Origin: a virus
Length of the DNA stretch: 64,000 nt
IMG/VR virus record: IMGVR_UViG_3300037419_001224
Reading direction: 5' to 3' (one strand)
This document shows, piece after piece, positions 52,063 through 59,413 of this stretch. Every line of letters starts with the position of its first letter. Position 1 is the first letter of the stretch. The notes under the pieces are model-generated. The model was not told the DNA's origin and ran no database searches. It worked only from the letters and a program-made list of their open reading frames with translations. A program made the position numbers and the translations under genes.

Positions 52063-52863
52063 GTGGGTCACATCATGGGTGGCAGGAAGTGTCCGTGTTG
52101 CATGGGGCCGCTGTGGTTCGACCAGGCGAAGGGCTATCCGCACTGCTTGATTTGCGAGAGGGAGTTCCCGGAAGACTGGAATCAATACATCACTGATCGT
52201 GCGAAAGACGATTTTGCAGACAGCCGGAGAGACGGCACTTTGACAACCTATGGAGAAAAGGCAATGAGTGATACATCAATTCTGACCGAGTATGACTTTA
52301 TCGCAATGGTGGACGCGTCCGGCTCGATGGGCTCGGAAGACGCACCGAACGGGCGCTCCCGCTGGGCGTACATGCAGGAGACCGCAGAAGCGTTCTGCCG
52401 CGATATCCAGAAGCTGGATAGCGACGGCATCGGGCTGGTCGTGTTCGGTGGCTCGCAGATCGACTCGTATGACGGCGTGACTGTCGACAAGGTGGGCGAG
52501 GTTTTCCGCTCGCGTTCGCCGCGTGGTTCGACTCCTTTGGCCGAAGCGCTGACCTCTGCGTTGAAGCTGGCCGGCAAGTCGAACAAGAAGGACTTCATCA
52601 TCTGCTTCACTGATGGCGTGCCGGACGATCAGGATGCCGTGGCGCGTGTGATCCGCGAAGCGTCGAACAAGCAGGATAGCGATGATGCATTGACGATCCT
52701 GTTCGTTCAGGTTGGCCGTGACCAGGCCGCGACCGCGTACCTGAAGAAGCTCGACGACAACATCAGCGGATGCCGGTTCGACATTGTGGACGCGAAGACG
52801 ATCGACGAGGCGGAGAAGTTTGCCACCACGACCGATCTGATCCTGGCCGCGATCAACGACTAG
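52063..52863 (+). CDS. vWA-domain protein (TerY-like) with N-terminal zinc ribbon
   Basis: CPCC...CLIC ribbon. Then the MIDAS motif DASGSM, plus ...GSTPLAEAL... and FTDGVPDD. An internal alternative start (MSDTSIL, 52264) would give a stand-alone vWA protein. Confidence 0.75.
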   Translation: MGHIMGGRKCPCCMGPLWFDQAKGYPHCLICEREFPEDWNQYITDRAKDDFADSRRDGTLTTYGEKAMSDTSILTEYDFIAMVDASGSMGSEDAPNGRSRWAYMQETAEAFCRDIQKLDSDGIGLVVFGGSQIDSYDGVTVDKVGEVFRSRSPRGSTPLAEALTSALKLAGKSNKKDFIICFTDGVPDDQDAVARVIREASNKQDSDDALTILFVQVGRDQAATAYLKKLDDNISGCRFDIVDAKTIDEAEKFATTTDLILAAIND

Positions 52864-52871
52864 CAGGTTAT

Positions 52872-52986
52872 GCCGACGTAGCTCAGCCAGGTAGAGCACA
52901 GGGCGCTGACCGCTGCTTGCAAGGATCGCCACCTTGGGCAAGTCACATTGGCCTTGAGGCCGCAGGTTCGATTCCTGCCGTCGGTT
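52872..52986 (+). ncRNA. tRNA-like RNA gene carrying about 40 extra nt between the D arm and T arm (115 nt)
   Basis: Acceptor GCCGACG/CGTCGGT, D arm GCTC-AGCCAGGTA-GAGC and T arm GCAGG-TTCGATT-CCTGC are canonical. The middle 63 nt cannot form one standard anticodon arm plus a short variable loop. Confidence 0.55.
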
Positions 52987-52997
52987 CATTTACGGAG

Positions 52998-53219
52998 ATG
53001 CAGATGAATATCAAAGGTTACTTGCTGAGCCGTGCTGACAGCACGAGCGCATGGATCGGTTTCGTTGGGTTCGTGCTTGAGATCCTGCTCCACATGGGGA
53101 ACGTGTCCACGATCATGCTGGTGCTATTCGCGGCGCTGATCGTGCTGCCGGAGACGAAAGTCAGGGAAGTGTTTGCCGACTGGACGAAGAAGATCAAGGA
53201 CTCGGATTTCGTGGGGTGA
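52998..53219 (+). CDS. Membrane protein
   Basis: 73 aa, with GGAG upstream and two TM segments. Confidence 0.45.
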   Translation: MQMNIKGYLLSRADSTSAWIGFVGFVLEILLHMGNVSTIMLVLFAALIVLPETKVREVFADWTKKIKDSDFVG

Positions 53220-53413
53220 TCATGCAGAAGAAGAAAGCTAATTGGTTCGACTACGTGCTGCTCGTTGGAGTTTGTTGCTCGGGCATCTTCAATCTTTACC
53301 TGGCGATTGATGACTTTGACAAGGGTGCGTACCTGTGGATGGTGATCAATGGCGCGTGCTCTTTGTGGATGGCACACCTTGCGGTCATGTTGGAAGAAAG
53401 GATGGAGCGATGA
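53216..53413 (+). CDS. Membrane protein
   Basis: 65 aa with two TM segments. Confidence 0.45.
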   Translation: MIMQKKKANWFDYVLLVGVCCSGIFNLYLAIDDFDKGAYLWMVINGACSLWMAHLAVMLEERMER

Positions 53414-53637
53414 GTGTGAAGGCTAATGTGGAGTCGACGGAGAAGAAAATCGTGTCGTATCCGAAGCTCCGTAAATCAAACCTGTATGGAACGATAGTCC
53501 TGTTTGTCGCGCCGCGCATGGGCACTGTTGTTTCCGCTGGAGGTGGTGGGAACCCGATTGGCTATCACTCCGATAGTTGGTCTTTAGAATCATTCGAAGA
53601 CTTCGATGGCACGGTAACGCTGCAGAACGAGAAATGA
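53410..53637 (+). CDS. Hypothetical protein
   Basis: Start MSVKANV, ATGA overlap. Confidence 0.45.
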   Translation: MSVKANVESTEKKIVSYPKLRKSNLYGTIVLFVAPRMGTVVSAGGGGNPIGYHSDSWSLESFEDFDGTVTLQNEK

Positions 53638-54071
53638 AGACGTTCGTCATCCGCAATGCCGATATCCGCGACCGTGTCATCGCGTTCGTGCAAAGCCTGC
53701 CGCTCGAATGCGACTGGAAGGTGCGGGTCGAGGAGCACGTCGAGCCGAAGACGCGTGACCAGGAAAAGAAGTACCACGCAATGCTCCAGGATATCTCGCC
53801 CTACTTCTCGTTCATGGGCCGCACGGACTGGAGCTTCGACGATATCAAGCGGCTGCTGATCGATGCATTTGCACGAGCGCGACAGGCGGAGGGCAAGCCA
53901 CTGCATCAAGGTGGCCGCACGGTGCCGAGCCTGGATGGAACGGGTGTTGTCGCACTAGGCGCGCAGTCGCGTCACTTCACGGATGAAGAGGCGTCGGATT
54001 TCATCGAGTACCTGTATGCGTTCGGATCGGAAGCCGGCGTGCAATGGAAGGAGGAGCCGGATGGATCATGA
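53634..54071 (+). CDS. ninB: NinB/Orf-like recombination mediator
   Basis: ...KTRDQEKKYHAMLQDIS...WSFDDIKRLL resembles the NinB signature (RS..QN...HA.L.DI...W...WK). Confidence 0.5.
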   Translation: MKTFVIRNADIRDRVIAFVQSLPLECDWKVRVEEHVEPKTRDQEKKYHAMLQDISPYFSFMGRTDWSFDDIKRLLIDAFARARQAEGKPLHQGGRTVPSLDGTGVVALGAQSRHFTDEEASDFIEYLYAFGSEAGVQWKEEPDGS

Positions 54072-54312
54072 CAATTACTGGAGCATGTACCTGCATCACC
54101 TGGCGATGTTCGGCCAGGAGCAGAGAGAACGAGCAGGACAGGGGAATAGCTTGGCGGCGGCTCATGAACGCTGTCTCGGGCTGGTATGCCCTCGCGGAAG
54201 TAGCGATTTCGCCCCCTGCCCTACTCGGTTTCCCGATGCAGTCAGCGCTTTATCGGTGGCCGCTGACTGTGGAGCACCAAGTTCTCACTGGCTCTCCTTG
54301 GCGGGGCAATAG
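54061..54312 (+). CDS. Doubtful ORF in a hairpin-rich segment
   Basis: Codon bias is acceptable only in the first half. Another frame (track ORF 54044..54370) is also open. Confidence 0.2.
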   Translation: MDHDNYWSMYLHHLAMFGQEQRERAGQGNSLAAAHERCLGLVCPRGSSDFAPCPTRFPDAVSALSVAADCGAPSSHWLSLAGQ

Positions 54313-54360
54313 AGCCGGACCTGTGTCTCCGCTCCTGCTGCTACGGGCAGGAGTTTCATG

Positions 54361-54390
54361 GGCGGGGTAGTCCGACCCGCCCATCTTTTC
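54361..54390 (+). terminator. Terminator-like hairpin inside the early-right operon
   Basis: GGCGGG-GTAGTCCGA-CCCGCC followed by CATCTTTTCC. Confidence 0.4.
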
Positions 54391-54401
54391 CTGGAGTGGG
54401 C

Positions 54402-54683
54402 ATGAAGTTTGAAATTGCGGGCAGGATCAAAGGAATGAATCTGCAGGAGGCTTTGGATGAGGGCTTGATGGAACAGTCTGGCGGTGAGACGTATCTGCTG
54501 TACGACTCGATCTGTCTTGAACCCCCTCGTTATCAGCCTCACCCCGATCCTCATGACCTGAACAAGTGGACAGTGACGTTCAAGAAAGACGGGAAAGTGG
54601 TGGCGACATGGCCACGCCTGCTGCTGGCGGGAGAAACACTCTACATCCTTGGCTTGGAAGGCAGGGCGAAGGTGAATCTATGA
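54402..54683 (+). CDS. Hypothetical protein
   Basis: ATG with GGAG 7 nt upstream. Confidence 0.5.
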   Translation: MKFEIAGRIKGMNLQEALDEGLMEQSGGETYLLYDSICLEPPRYQPHPDPHDLNKWTVTFKKDGKVVATWPRLLLAGETLYILGLEGRAKVNL

Positions 54684-54844
54684 GCGTATTCGAGCAGGAT
54701 GAAGAAGTCGAGTTGCGCCTGTCGTGGCCGAAGATATGCAGACTGGCTTGCATGGCGATGATCTACGGCGTGACGTTCGACGAGATATGCGCGATAGCGC
54801 TGCGGGATTATATGGCGCGAGGGGATAGGAATGAGCGGTCCTGA
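54680..54844 (+). CDS. 54-aa hypothetical protein
   Basis: Start MSVFEQ, ATGA overlap. Confidence 0.4.
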   Translation: MSVFEQDEEVELRLSWPKICRLACMAMIYGVTFDEICAIALRDYMARGDRNERS

Positions 54845-55061
54845 TTTTAATAAACCGATTAATGTCGATCTGGACGGCATACATTGGGCGAAGATCTACT
54901 TCGTCTGGAGCCAAGAGACGGTTGGATTCGGCGAGTGCAGCATCTCCAAATTGGAAAACGGTGAACTAGTGGCGGATACGGAAGGCATGGGCAAGGAATG
55001 GGTGCGCCGTGCGCTGTATGCGGTTGTTGATACGTTGGTCGAGAACATGAAGGTGCTGTGA
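54831..55061 (+). CDS. Hypothetical protein
   Basis: 76-aa ORF. Confidence 0.45.
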   Translation: MSGPDFNKPINVDLDGIHWAKIYFVWSQETVGFGECSISKLENGELVADTEGMGKEWVRRALYAVVDTLVENMKVL

Positions 55062-55078
55062 TACGCGAGGAGAGAGAA

Positions 55079-55333
55079 ATGAGTCACGGGCCGATTGAAG
55101 AAAAGCATTACGAGACGATGCGGGCTGTCGCGGATGCGTTGAACGAGTTCTTTGCTGGTTACGGGTTCGTCCTTCTCGTATTCGAGATGACGAACCCCGG
55201 CGAGATGCCGAAAGAGGACGCGAGGATGAATTACGTCTCAAACTCCAGAAGAGACGATGTGCTGGCCGCGATGAAGGAGTTCATCGCCAACGCCGAGGGG
55301 CGCGTTGTGGATGCGCCGAGGAGCAAGCAGTGA
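55079..55333 (+). CDS. Hypothetical protein
   Basis: ATG with a strong SD (GAGGAGAGAGAA). Confidence 0.5.
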   Translation: MSHGPIEEKHYETMRAVADALNEFFAGYGFVLLVFEMTNPGEMPKEDARMNYVSNSRRDDVLAAMKEFIANAEGRVVDAPRSKQ

Positions 55334-55788
55334 ATGACGATCAACGCGGATTCGCTGCCATCGGCCTTTACCGACCAAAGGACACGAACAACATGGGCTG
55401 CGTGATGCGTGCTGCCGGTTGCTACGGCGCAGCCATGGTTGCGATCCAGGGTCCGCGCTTCGGCAACTCGAAGACCGATACGCAGAAGGCATGGAAGCAT
55501 ATCCCGACGATCCAGACTGATGAACTGCTCGGGGTTATCCCGTTCGGTGCGGTGCCGGTTGCCATCGAGATACTGCCATTCGCGAGGCCACTGACAGGGT
55601 ACGTCCATCCAGAGCGTGCTTTCTATATCTTCGGGCCGGAGGACGGATCGATATCGCTCGACATTGTTAGCCGCTGCCGCGATGTCGTATATGTGCCGAC
55701 CAACTACTGCATGAATCTGGCGGCGACGGTGAACGTGGTCCTGTATGACCGGATGCTGAAGCGTACAGCACAAAGGAGAGTGGCATGA
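55330..55788 (+). CDS. SpoU/TrmH-family (SPOUT) RNA 2'-O-methyltransferase
   Basis: Three SPOUT motifs: NMGCVMRAAGCYG, YIFGPEDGSI and VPTNYCMNLAATVNVVLYD. Confidence 0.7.
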   Translation: MNDDQRGFAAIGLYRPKDTNNMGCVMRAAGCYGAAMVAIQGPRFGNSKTDTQKAWKHIPTIQTDELLGVIPFGAVPVAIEILPFARPLTGYVHPERAFYIFGPEDGSISLDIVSRCRDVVYVPTNYCMNLAATVNVVLYDRMLKRTAQRRVA

Positions 55789-56318
55789 CCGAAACAACAA
55801 ACGACCAGTTGAAGCCGTGCCCTTTTTGCGGAGCGCCGGCTGATGATTTTAACCCTGATGGCGAAATGGAAGGCTACAGCATCAGATGCAGCGGAAGGAT
55901 GGCGATATTCAACGCAGATGAATCCTGCTGCCCAATGCATACATTCAGCTATAAAAATGAGCAAGATGCCCGCGATGCATGGAACCGACGCGCCAGCCCT
56001 GCCAGCGCCGCGCCGCTGGAGCCAATGGTGCGCTTTTGCCCTGCATGCGGAAGCATTGGCGACATCTACTATTCCAAGCATAGGGATTGCTGCCCTGATG
56101 GTAGCGAGGCAAGGCGGATACCAGTCAGTCTTGCCAATAAATGCCGCGAACTATTCATGGCGACATTGGCTAATGTCGCGCCAATTGACCCATCCAACGA
56201 GTTAATCGATGCGGTCGCAAACCTGATCAAGGTGAAGGGCCGGTTCCACACTGAACAGGCATATCAGCGTGTTGCGGATGCCTACGACAGATTGATGAGG
56301 AAATCACAGGTGGAATGA
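55785..56318 (+). CDS. Lar-family restriction-alleviation-like protein with C-terminal extension
   Basis: LKPCPFCGAPAD ... ARDAWNRR, then a second CPAC ribbon. Confidence 0.55.
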   Translation: MTETTNDQLKPCPFCGAPADDFNPDGEMEGYSIRCSGRMAIFNADESCCPMHTFSYKNEQDARDAWNRRASPASAAPLEPMVRFCPACGSIGDIYYSKHRDCCPDGSEARRIPVSLANKCRELFMATLANVAPIDPSNELIDAVANLIKVKGRFHTEQAYQRVADAYDRLMRKSQVE

Positions 56319-56596
56319 TGGCAACGAAGCTTGAGAAGTGCGCAAACATGTTGAATGAGGCTTTCAGGACAAAGCTGCCTGCGGCGTTCCATGCCAAGTT
56401 CGGTGCAGAACTGGAAACCAGCTTCAACCTGTTTTCCATGTCGCTTGTAAGCCGCCGCGTAGATGGTGCGGACTTCACACCAGAGCAGTACGCATGGGTG
56501 GAAGCCTACTCTGATGGATTTGGCGACGCGTTGGAGTTGGTGCGCACCGAAGCGAATAAGCACTATTTCGCCAAAGAAGCTAATGGAGAAAGTTAA
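56315..56596 (+). CDS. Hypothetical protein
   Basis: 93-aa ORF. Confidence 0.5.
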   Translation: MMATKLEKCANMLNEAFRTKLPAAFHAKFGAELETSFNLFSMSLVSRRVDGADFTPEQYAWVEAYSDGFGDALELVRTEANKHYFAKEANGES

Positions 56597-56889
56597 TGAG
56601 CACCAAAATGGACGCAAGGGTAAAGAAGATAAATCCTGATAGCACGGTCCTCAGCCAGATGGACGAACAGTGGCAGAAGATCGTCATGCTGCTCCTGTGG
56701 AAGCTCAATCGCGGCGAGCCGGTCAAGATCACCAGTCAAGACATCCTCGCCTTCTCTTCGGCGTTCGCGCCTAACCTCCCTGTTCTTTTCATGCACGGGA
56801 TGGCGGATGGATTCGAGCTGTCGATCGTGACGGAAGATGCCGCGAAAAGGATCGCGGAGCATGACAAGCAGATGAGAGGATCGGCATGA
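56596..56889 (+). CDS. Hypothetical protein
   Basis: 97-aa ORF. Confidence 0.5.
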   Translation: MSTKMDARVKKINPDSTVLSQMDEQWQKIVMLLLWKLNRGEPVKITSQDILAFSSAFAPNLPVLFMHGMADGFELSIVTEDAAKRIAEHDKQMRGSA

Positions 56890-57179
56890 AAGCACTCAAA
56901 AGCATTGTCGGATGGCCTGCTGCATGGCTGCTGTACTACCTCGGCGATCTCGTATCGAAGCCGTTGAATGCCTGGGACTGGGCCGCGTTCCTCTATCCGG
57001 CTTATAACCGGCTGATGCTCGCTTCTAGCAGCGTCCAGGACTGGAGCGGGTGCAAAGGACCGTGGAGACCGGCAACGATGGATACGGTGTATGACGACGG
57101 CAGCGACCATAAATGCTGCCATGTATGCGGCTACTGCAAGGATTGCGGTGATTGCGACAGATATGGGTGCGGGTGGTGA
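56886..57179 (+). CDS. Hypothetical Cys-rich protein
   Basis: 97 aa. C-terminal CCHVCGYCKDCGDCDRYGCGW. Confidence 0.5.
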   Translation: MKALKSIVGWPAAWLLYYLGDLVSKPLNAWDWAAFLYPAYNRLMLASSSVQDWSGCKGPWRPATMDTVYDDGSDHKCCHVCGYCKDCGDCDRYGCGW

Positions 57180-57499
57180 GTCCTGACGTCATCTATCGAT
57201 ACCTGAAATTCCGCAGCCGACGCGGCTACGTGCGCGGATCGACCGTCTGTCGACATCTGCGGCTGCCGTTCCAACTGCTGCGTGGTTTTGATGATCTGCT
57301 TGGACTCGGCAGTATCGGGCCGGCTGGTGACAAGTTTCCGAAGGCGCGGCATCGCTGGCTGCGCTACGCAAGGCGCAACTTCTACATGGCTGACTTCCGC
57401 TACTTCTTCAAATGGAATGGCCGGATCTACTGCTACTCGCAGCGCACTCTGCGCAAGGGAAAGTTTACTCCGCGCAAGAAAGGACTGCATCATGATTGA
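57176..57499 (+). CDS. Basic hypothetical protein
   Basis: GTG start overlapping the upstream stop. The ORF track uses TTG at 57152. Confidence 0.35.
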   Translation: MSPDVIYRYLKFRSRRGYVRGSTVCRHLRLPFQLLRGFDDLLGLGSIGPAGDKFPKARHRWLRYARRNFYMADFRYFFKWNGRIYCYSQRTLRKGKFTPRKKGLHHD

Positions 57500-57689
57500 G
57501 AAGGTGATGTCGGGTATTGTGACTCGGCATATCAGGACTGGTGGGATTTACTACGTGTTTCATCTCGGCCGGATGAAGATCGGTGATGAGTGGAAGGACG
57601 CGGTGATTTATCGCAGCATCGACGACCCCAGTAAGCCGATGTTCGTTCGTGAGATGGATAAATTCAAACGCTTCTTCGAGGAAGTGTGA
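57492..57689 (+). CDS. DUF1653-like protein
   Basis: GGIYYVFHLG...AVIYRS...MFVRE resembles the DUF1653 pattern. Confidence 0.5.
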   Translation: MIEKVMSGIVTRHIRTGGIYYVFHLGRMKIGDEWKDAVIYRSIDDPSKPMFVREMDKFKRFFEEV

Positions 57690-57690
57690 T

Positions 57691-57981
57691 GTGAAAGCGA
57701 TCCTCAAGAAAGATGAGCTGGCAGAAGAGCTGCAATGCAGTGAAAGACATATTGAACGATTGATGAAGGAAGGTTTACCATTCATTCCGTTCGGTCGTCG
57801 TCACAAGCGCTATGACCTGGACTCCGTTATCAACTGGCTCAAGTCGAGGGAATCATGCCTACCAGAAAGGACGCCGAAGGGCGTTGGCACATCGAGATTT
57901 GCTCCGAAGGTCAACGCATACATCGAATTCTGCCGAAAGGTACAGGGAAGAGGGAAGCCGAGGCAAAGGAGCACGAGCTGA
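57691..57981 (+). CDS. AlpA/Xis-like HTH protein (excisionase candidate)
   Basis: GTG start. LAEELQCSERHIERLMKEGLPFIPFG....YDLDSVINWL. The frame stays open 127 nt into int. Confidence 0.45.
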   Translation: MKAILKKDELAEELQCSERHIERLMKEGLPFIPFGRRHKRYDLDSVINWLKSRESCLPERTPKGVGTSRFAPKVNAYIEFCRKVQGRGKPRQRSTS

Positions 57982-58802
57982 AGCAATCGTTGGAATCGCG
58001 CAGGTACACGCACGATCCGGCACTCATCGATGTCATGAACCTGTATGTTGAGCACGCAGACTCGCTGCGCAGCGCCTCGACAGCGAAATACCACGCAGCA
58101 CGTATCGTTCCCTACATCGAAGGGAAACGCGCCTCAGATGCCAAGGATTGCGCAGACACGATCACAAGCAAGCTGCGCGCAAAAGGCTATGCGATCGCCA
58201 CGATCAACCGCAGCCTGGGCACACTGAAGAAAGCGCTCGGCCTGGCGTTCGACAAGCATCTCACCGAGATCAACTACGGCATGTATCTGCGCCGCATGCC
58301 CGAGCATAACGAGCGCGACGTGTTCCTCTCGATCGATGAAGTGAAGAAGATCTGCGACTGCGCGAGCGAGAACGTGCGGGCCGCGATGTGGATCGCACTG
58401 TTGACCGGCATGCGGCGCGGCGAAGTCCTCAAGATCAAGAAGGAAGACATCAAGGGCGACATCATCATTATTCCCGCCGGCAATACCAAGGCGTTCAAGA
58501 AGCGTGTGGTGCCGATCACGAAAGCCGTTATCCCCTGGCTGGAGTACGTGCCGTTCTCGATCAACTTCGAAGGGTTGAAGACGGGGTTCAGGCGGGCAAG
58601 AGAAAAGGCCGGTATGCCGCACGTCCACTTCCATGACCTGCGCCATTCCTGCGCATCACTGTTGATCGAGAGCGACGTGCCGATCGAGGTCGTGTCCAAG
58701 ATCATGGGGCACTCGTCGATCAAGATGACGGAACGCTACGTGCATATCCGTGCGGAACGCCAGCGCGAGGCGCTCGAAAAGACGTTCGGCAAGCTCGGCT
58801 AG
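57855..58802 (+). CDS. int: Tyrosine integrase
   Basis: 315 aa. ...LLTGMRRGE..., HFHDLRHSCAS and GHSSIKMTERYVH (R-H-R-Y catalytic set). Confidence 0.9.
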   Translation: MPTRKDAEGRWHIEICSEGQRIHRILPKGTGKREAEAKEHELKQSLESRRYTHDPALIDVMNLYVEHADSLRSASTAKYHAARIVPYIEGKRASDAKDCADTITSKLRAKGYAIATINRSLGTLKKALGLAFDKHLTEINYGMYLRRMPEHNERDVFLSIDEVKKICDCASENVRAAMWIALLTGMRRGEVLKIKKEDIKGDIIIIPAGNTKAFKKRVVPITKAVIPWLEYVPFSINFEGLKTGFRRAREKAGMPHVHFHDLRHSCASLLIESDVPIEVVSKIMGHSSIKMTERYVHIRAERQREALEKTFGKLG

Positions 58803-58984
58803 TCTTTCTTTTCGTCGTCGTCCAGGTTCTCTCGTTCCATGCGATCGTAATCGCGCAACGCATCCGCGAGTTGCTTGAACGCTTCAGGTGTGACTTCGGG
58901 CATGGATTGGGCAAGCAGAGAGCGTCGTGGGCCACGACGATAGCGCTTCTTGGGCCGACTTGCATCGTGTACAAGTTTGAGCAT
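58799..58984 (-). CDS. Possible small acidic-tailed protein between int and the tRNA
   Basis: 61 aa from MLKLVHDA. The longer track ORF 58799..59026 runs into the tRNA and was trimmed. Confidence 0.25.
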   Translation of the reverse strand: MLKLVHDASRPKKRYRRGPRRSLLAQSMPEVTPEAFKQLADALRDYDRMERENLDDDEKKD

Positions 58985-58989
58985 ATTCG

Positions 58990-59064
58990 TGGTGGGCGGT
59001 ACTGGGATCGAACCAGTGACTTCCACCGTGTGAAGGTGGCACTCTACCGCTGAGTTAACCGCCC
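58990..59064 (-). tRNA. tRNA-Val(CAC): tRNA-Val, anticodon CAC, CCA encoded
   Basis: GGGCGGT-TA-ACTC-AGCGGTA-GAGT-G-CCACC-TTCACAC-GGTGG-AAGTC-ACTGG-TTCGATC-CCAGT-ACCGCCC-A-CCA. A fully canonical 75-nt cloverleaf. Confidence 0.9.
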
Positions 59065-59258
59065 GGTGTAAAAGATTTACACAGGAATTACACTGGACGG
59101 TCGTAAGCTATTGATTCATAAGGGATAGCTCTTGCCGTGTGAAGGCAAAGAGTTCCCCTTTCTAATAGGCTATTGCCCGTAAAATCAACGAGTTACAGCG
59201 ACAGTAACCGACTCGAATCAGCTATTTCTTCATCGTTTTACACTGGATTTACACAGGA
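59065..59258. promoter_or_regulatory. attP: attP-like recombination site (arm repeats, IHF-consensus sites, palindromic core)
   Basis: Four direct 11-bp repeats TTTACAC(A/T)GGA at 59076, 59087, 59237 and 59248, plus an inverted partial copy at 59065. WATCAANNNNTTR matches at 59104-59116 (minus) and 59183-59195 (plus). Core hairpin TTGCC-GTGTGAA-GGCAA at 59132-59148. Confidence 0.6.
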
Positions 59259-59413
59259 ACGGGTCCGCATCCGCGCCCTTTCCTCCCCCTGCTTCGCGCC
59301 ATATTAATGCAAATTACATGCAGGGCTTTACTATCGAATCCATGTAAAGCTTTAAAAAATTCAATCAGAAAATTGCTTGCTCTCTGAAGTCTGCGGCATT
59401 AAAGTACCTCCAT

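Noticed and set aside
52770-53219. 149-aa ORF spanning the tRNA-like element
   Set aside because: It reads through a sequence with canonical tRNA acceptor, D and T arms. I kept only the part from the ATG at 52998, which has an SD and TM segments.
58990-59064. Reading the tRNA-Val as the host attB-derived junction (attL/attR) of an integrated prophage, with host DNA to its right
   Set aside because: It is not fully excluded. I disfavour it for three reasons. The segment to the right has arm-type repeats on both sides of a palindromic core plus two IHF-consensus sites, which is an unrecombined attP layout. The 59.4-kb promoter region shares the phage operator palindrome. The genes beyond it are phage-like small ORFs.
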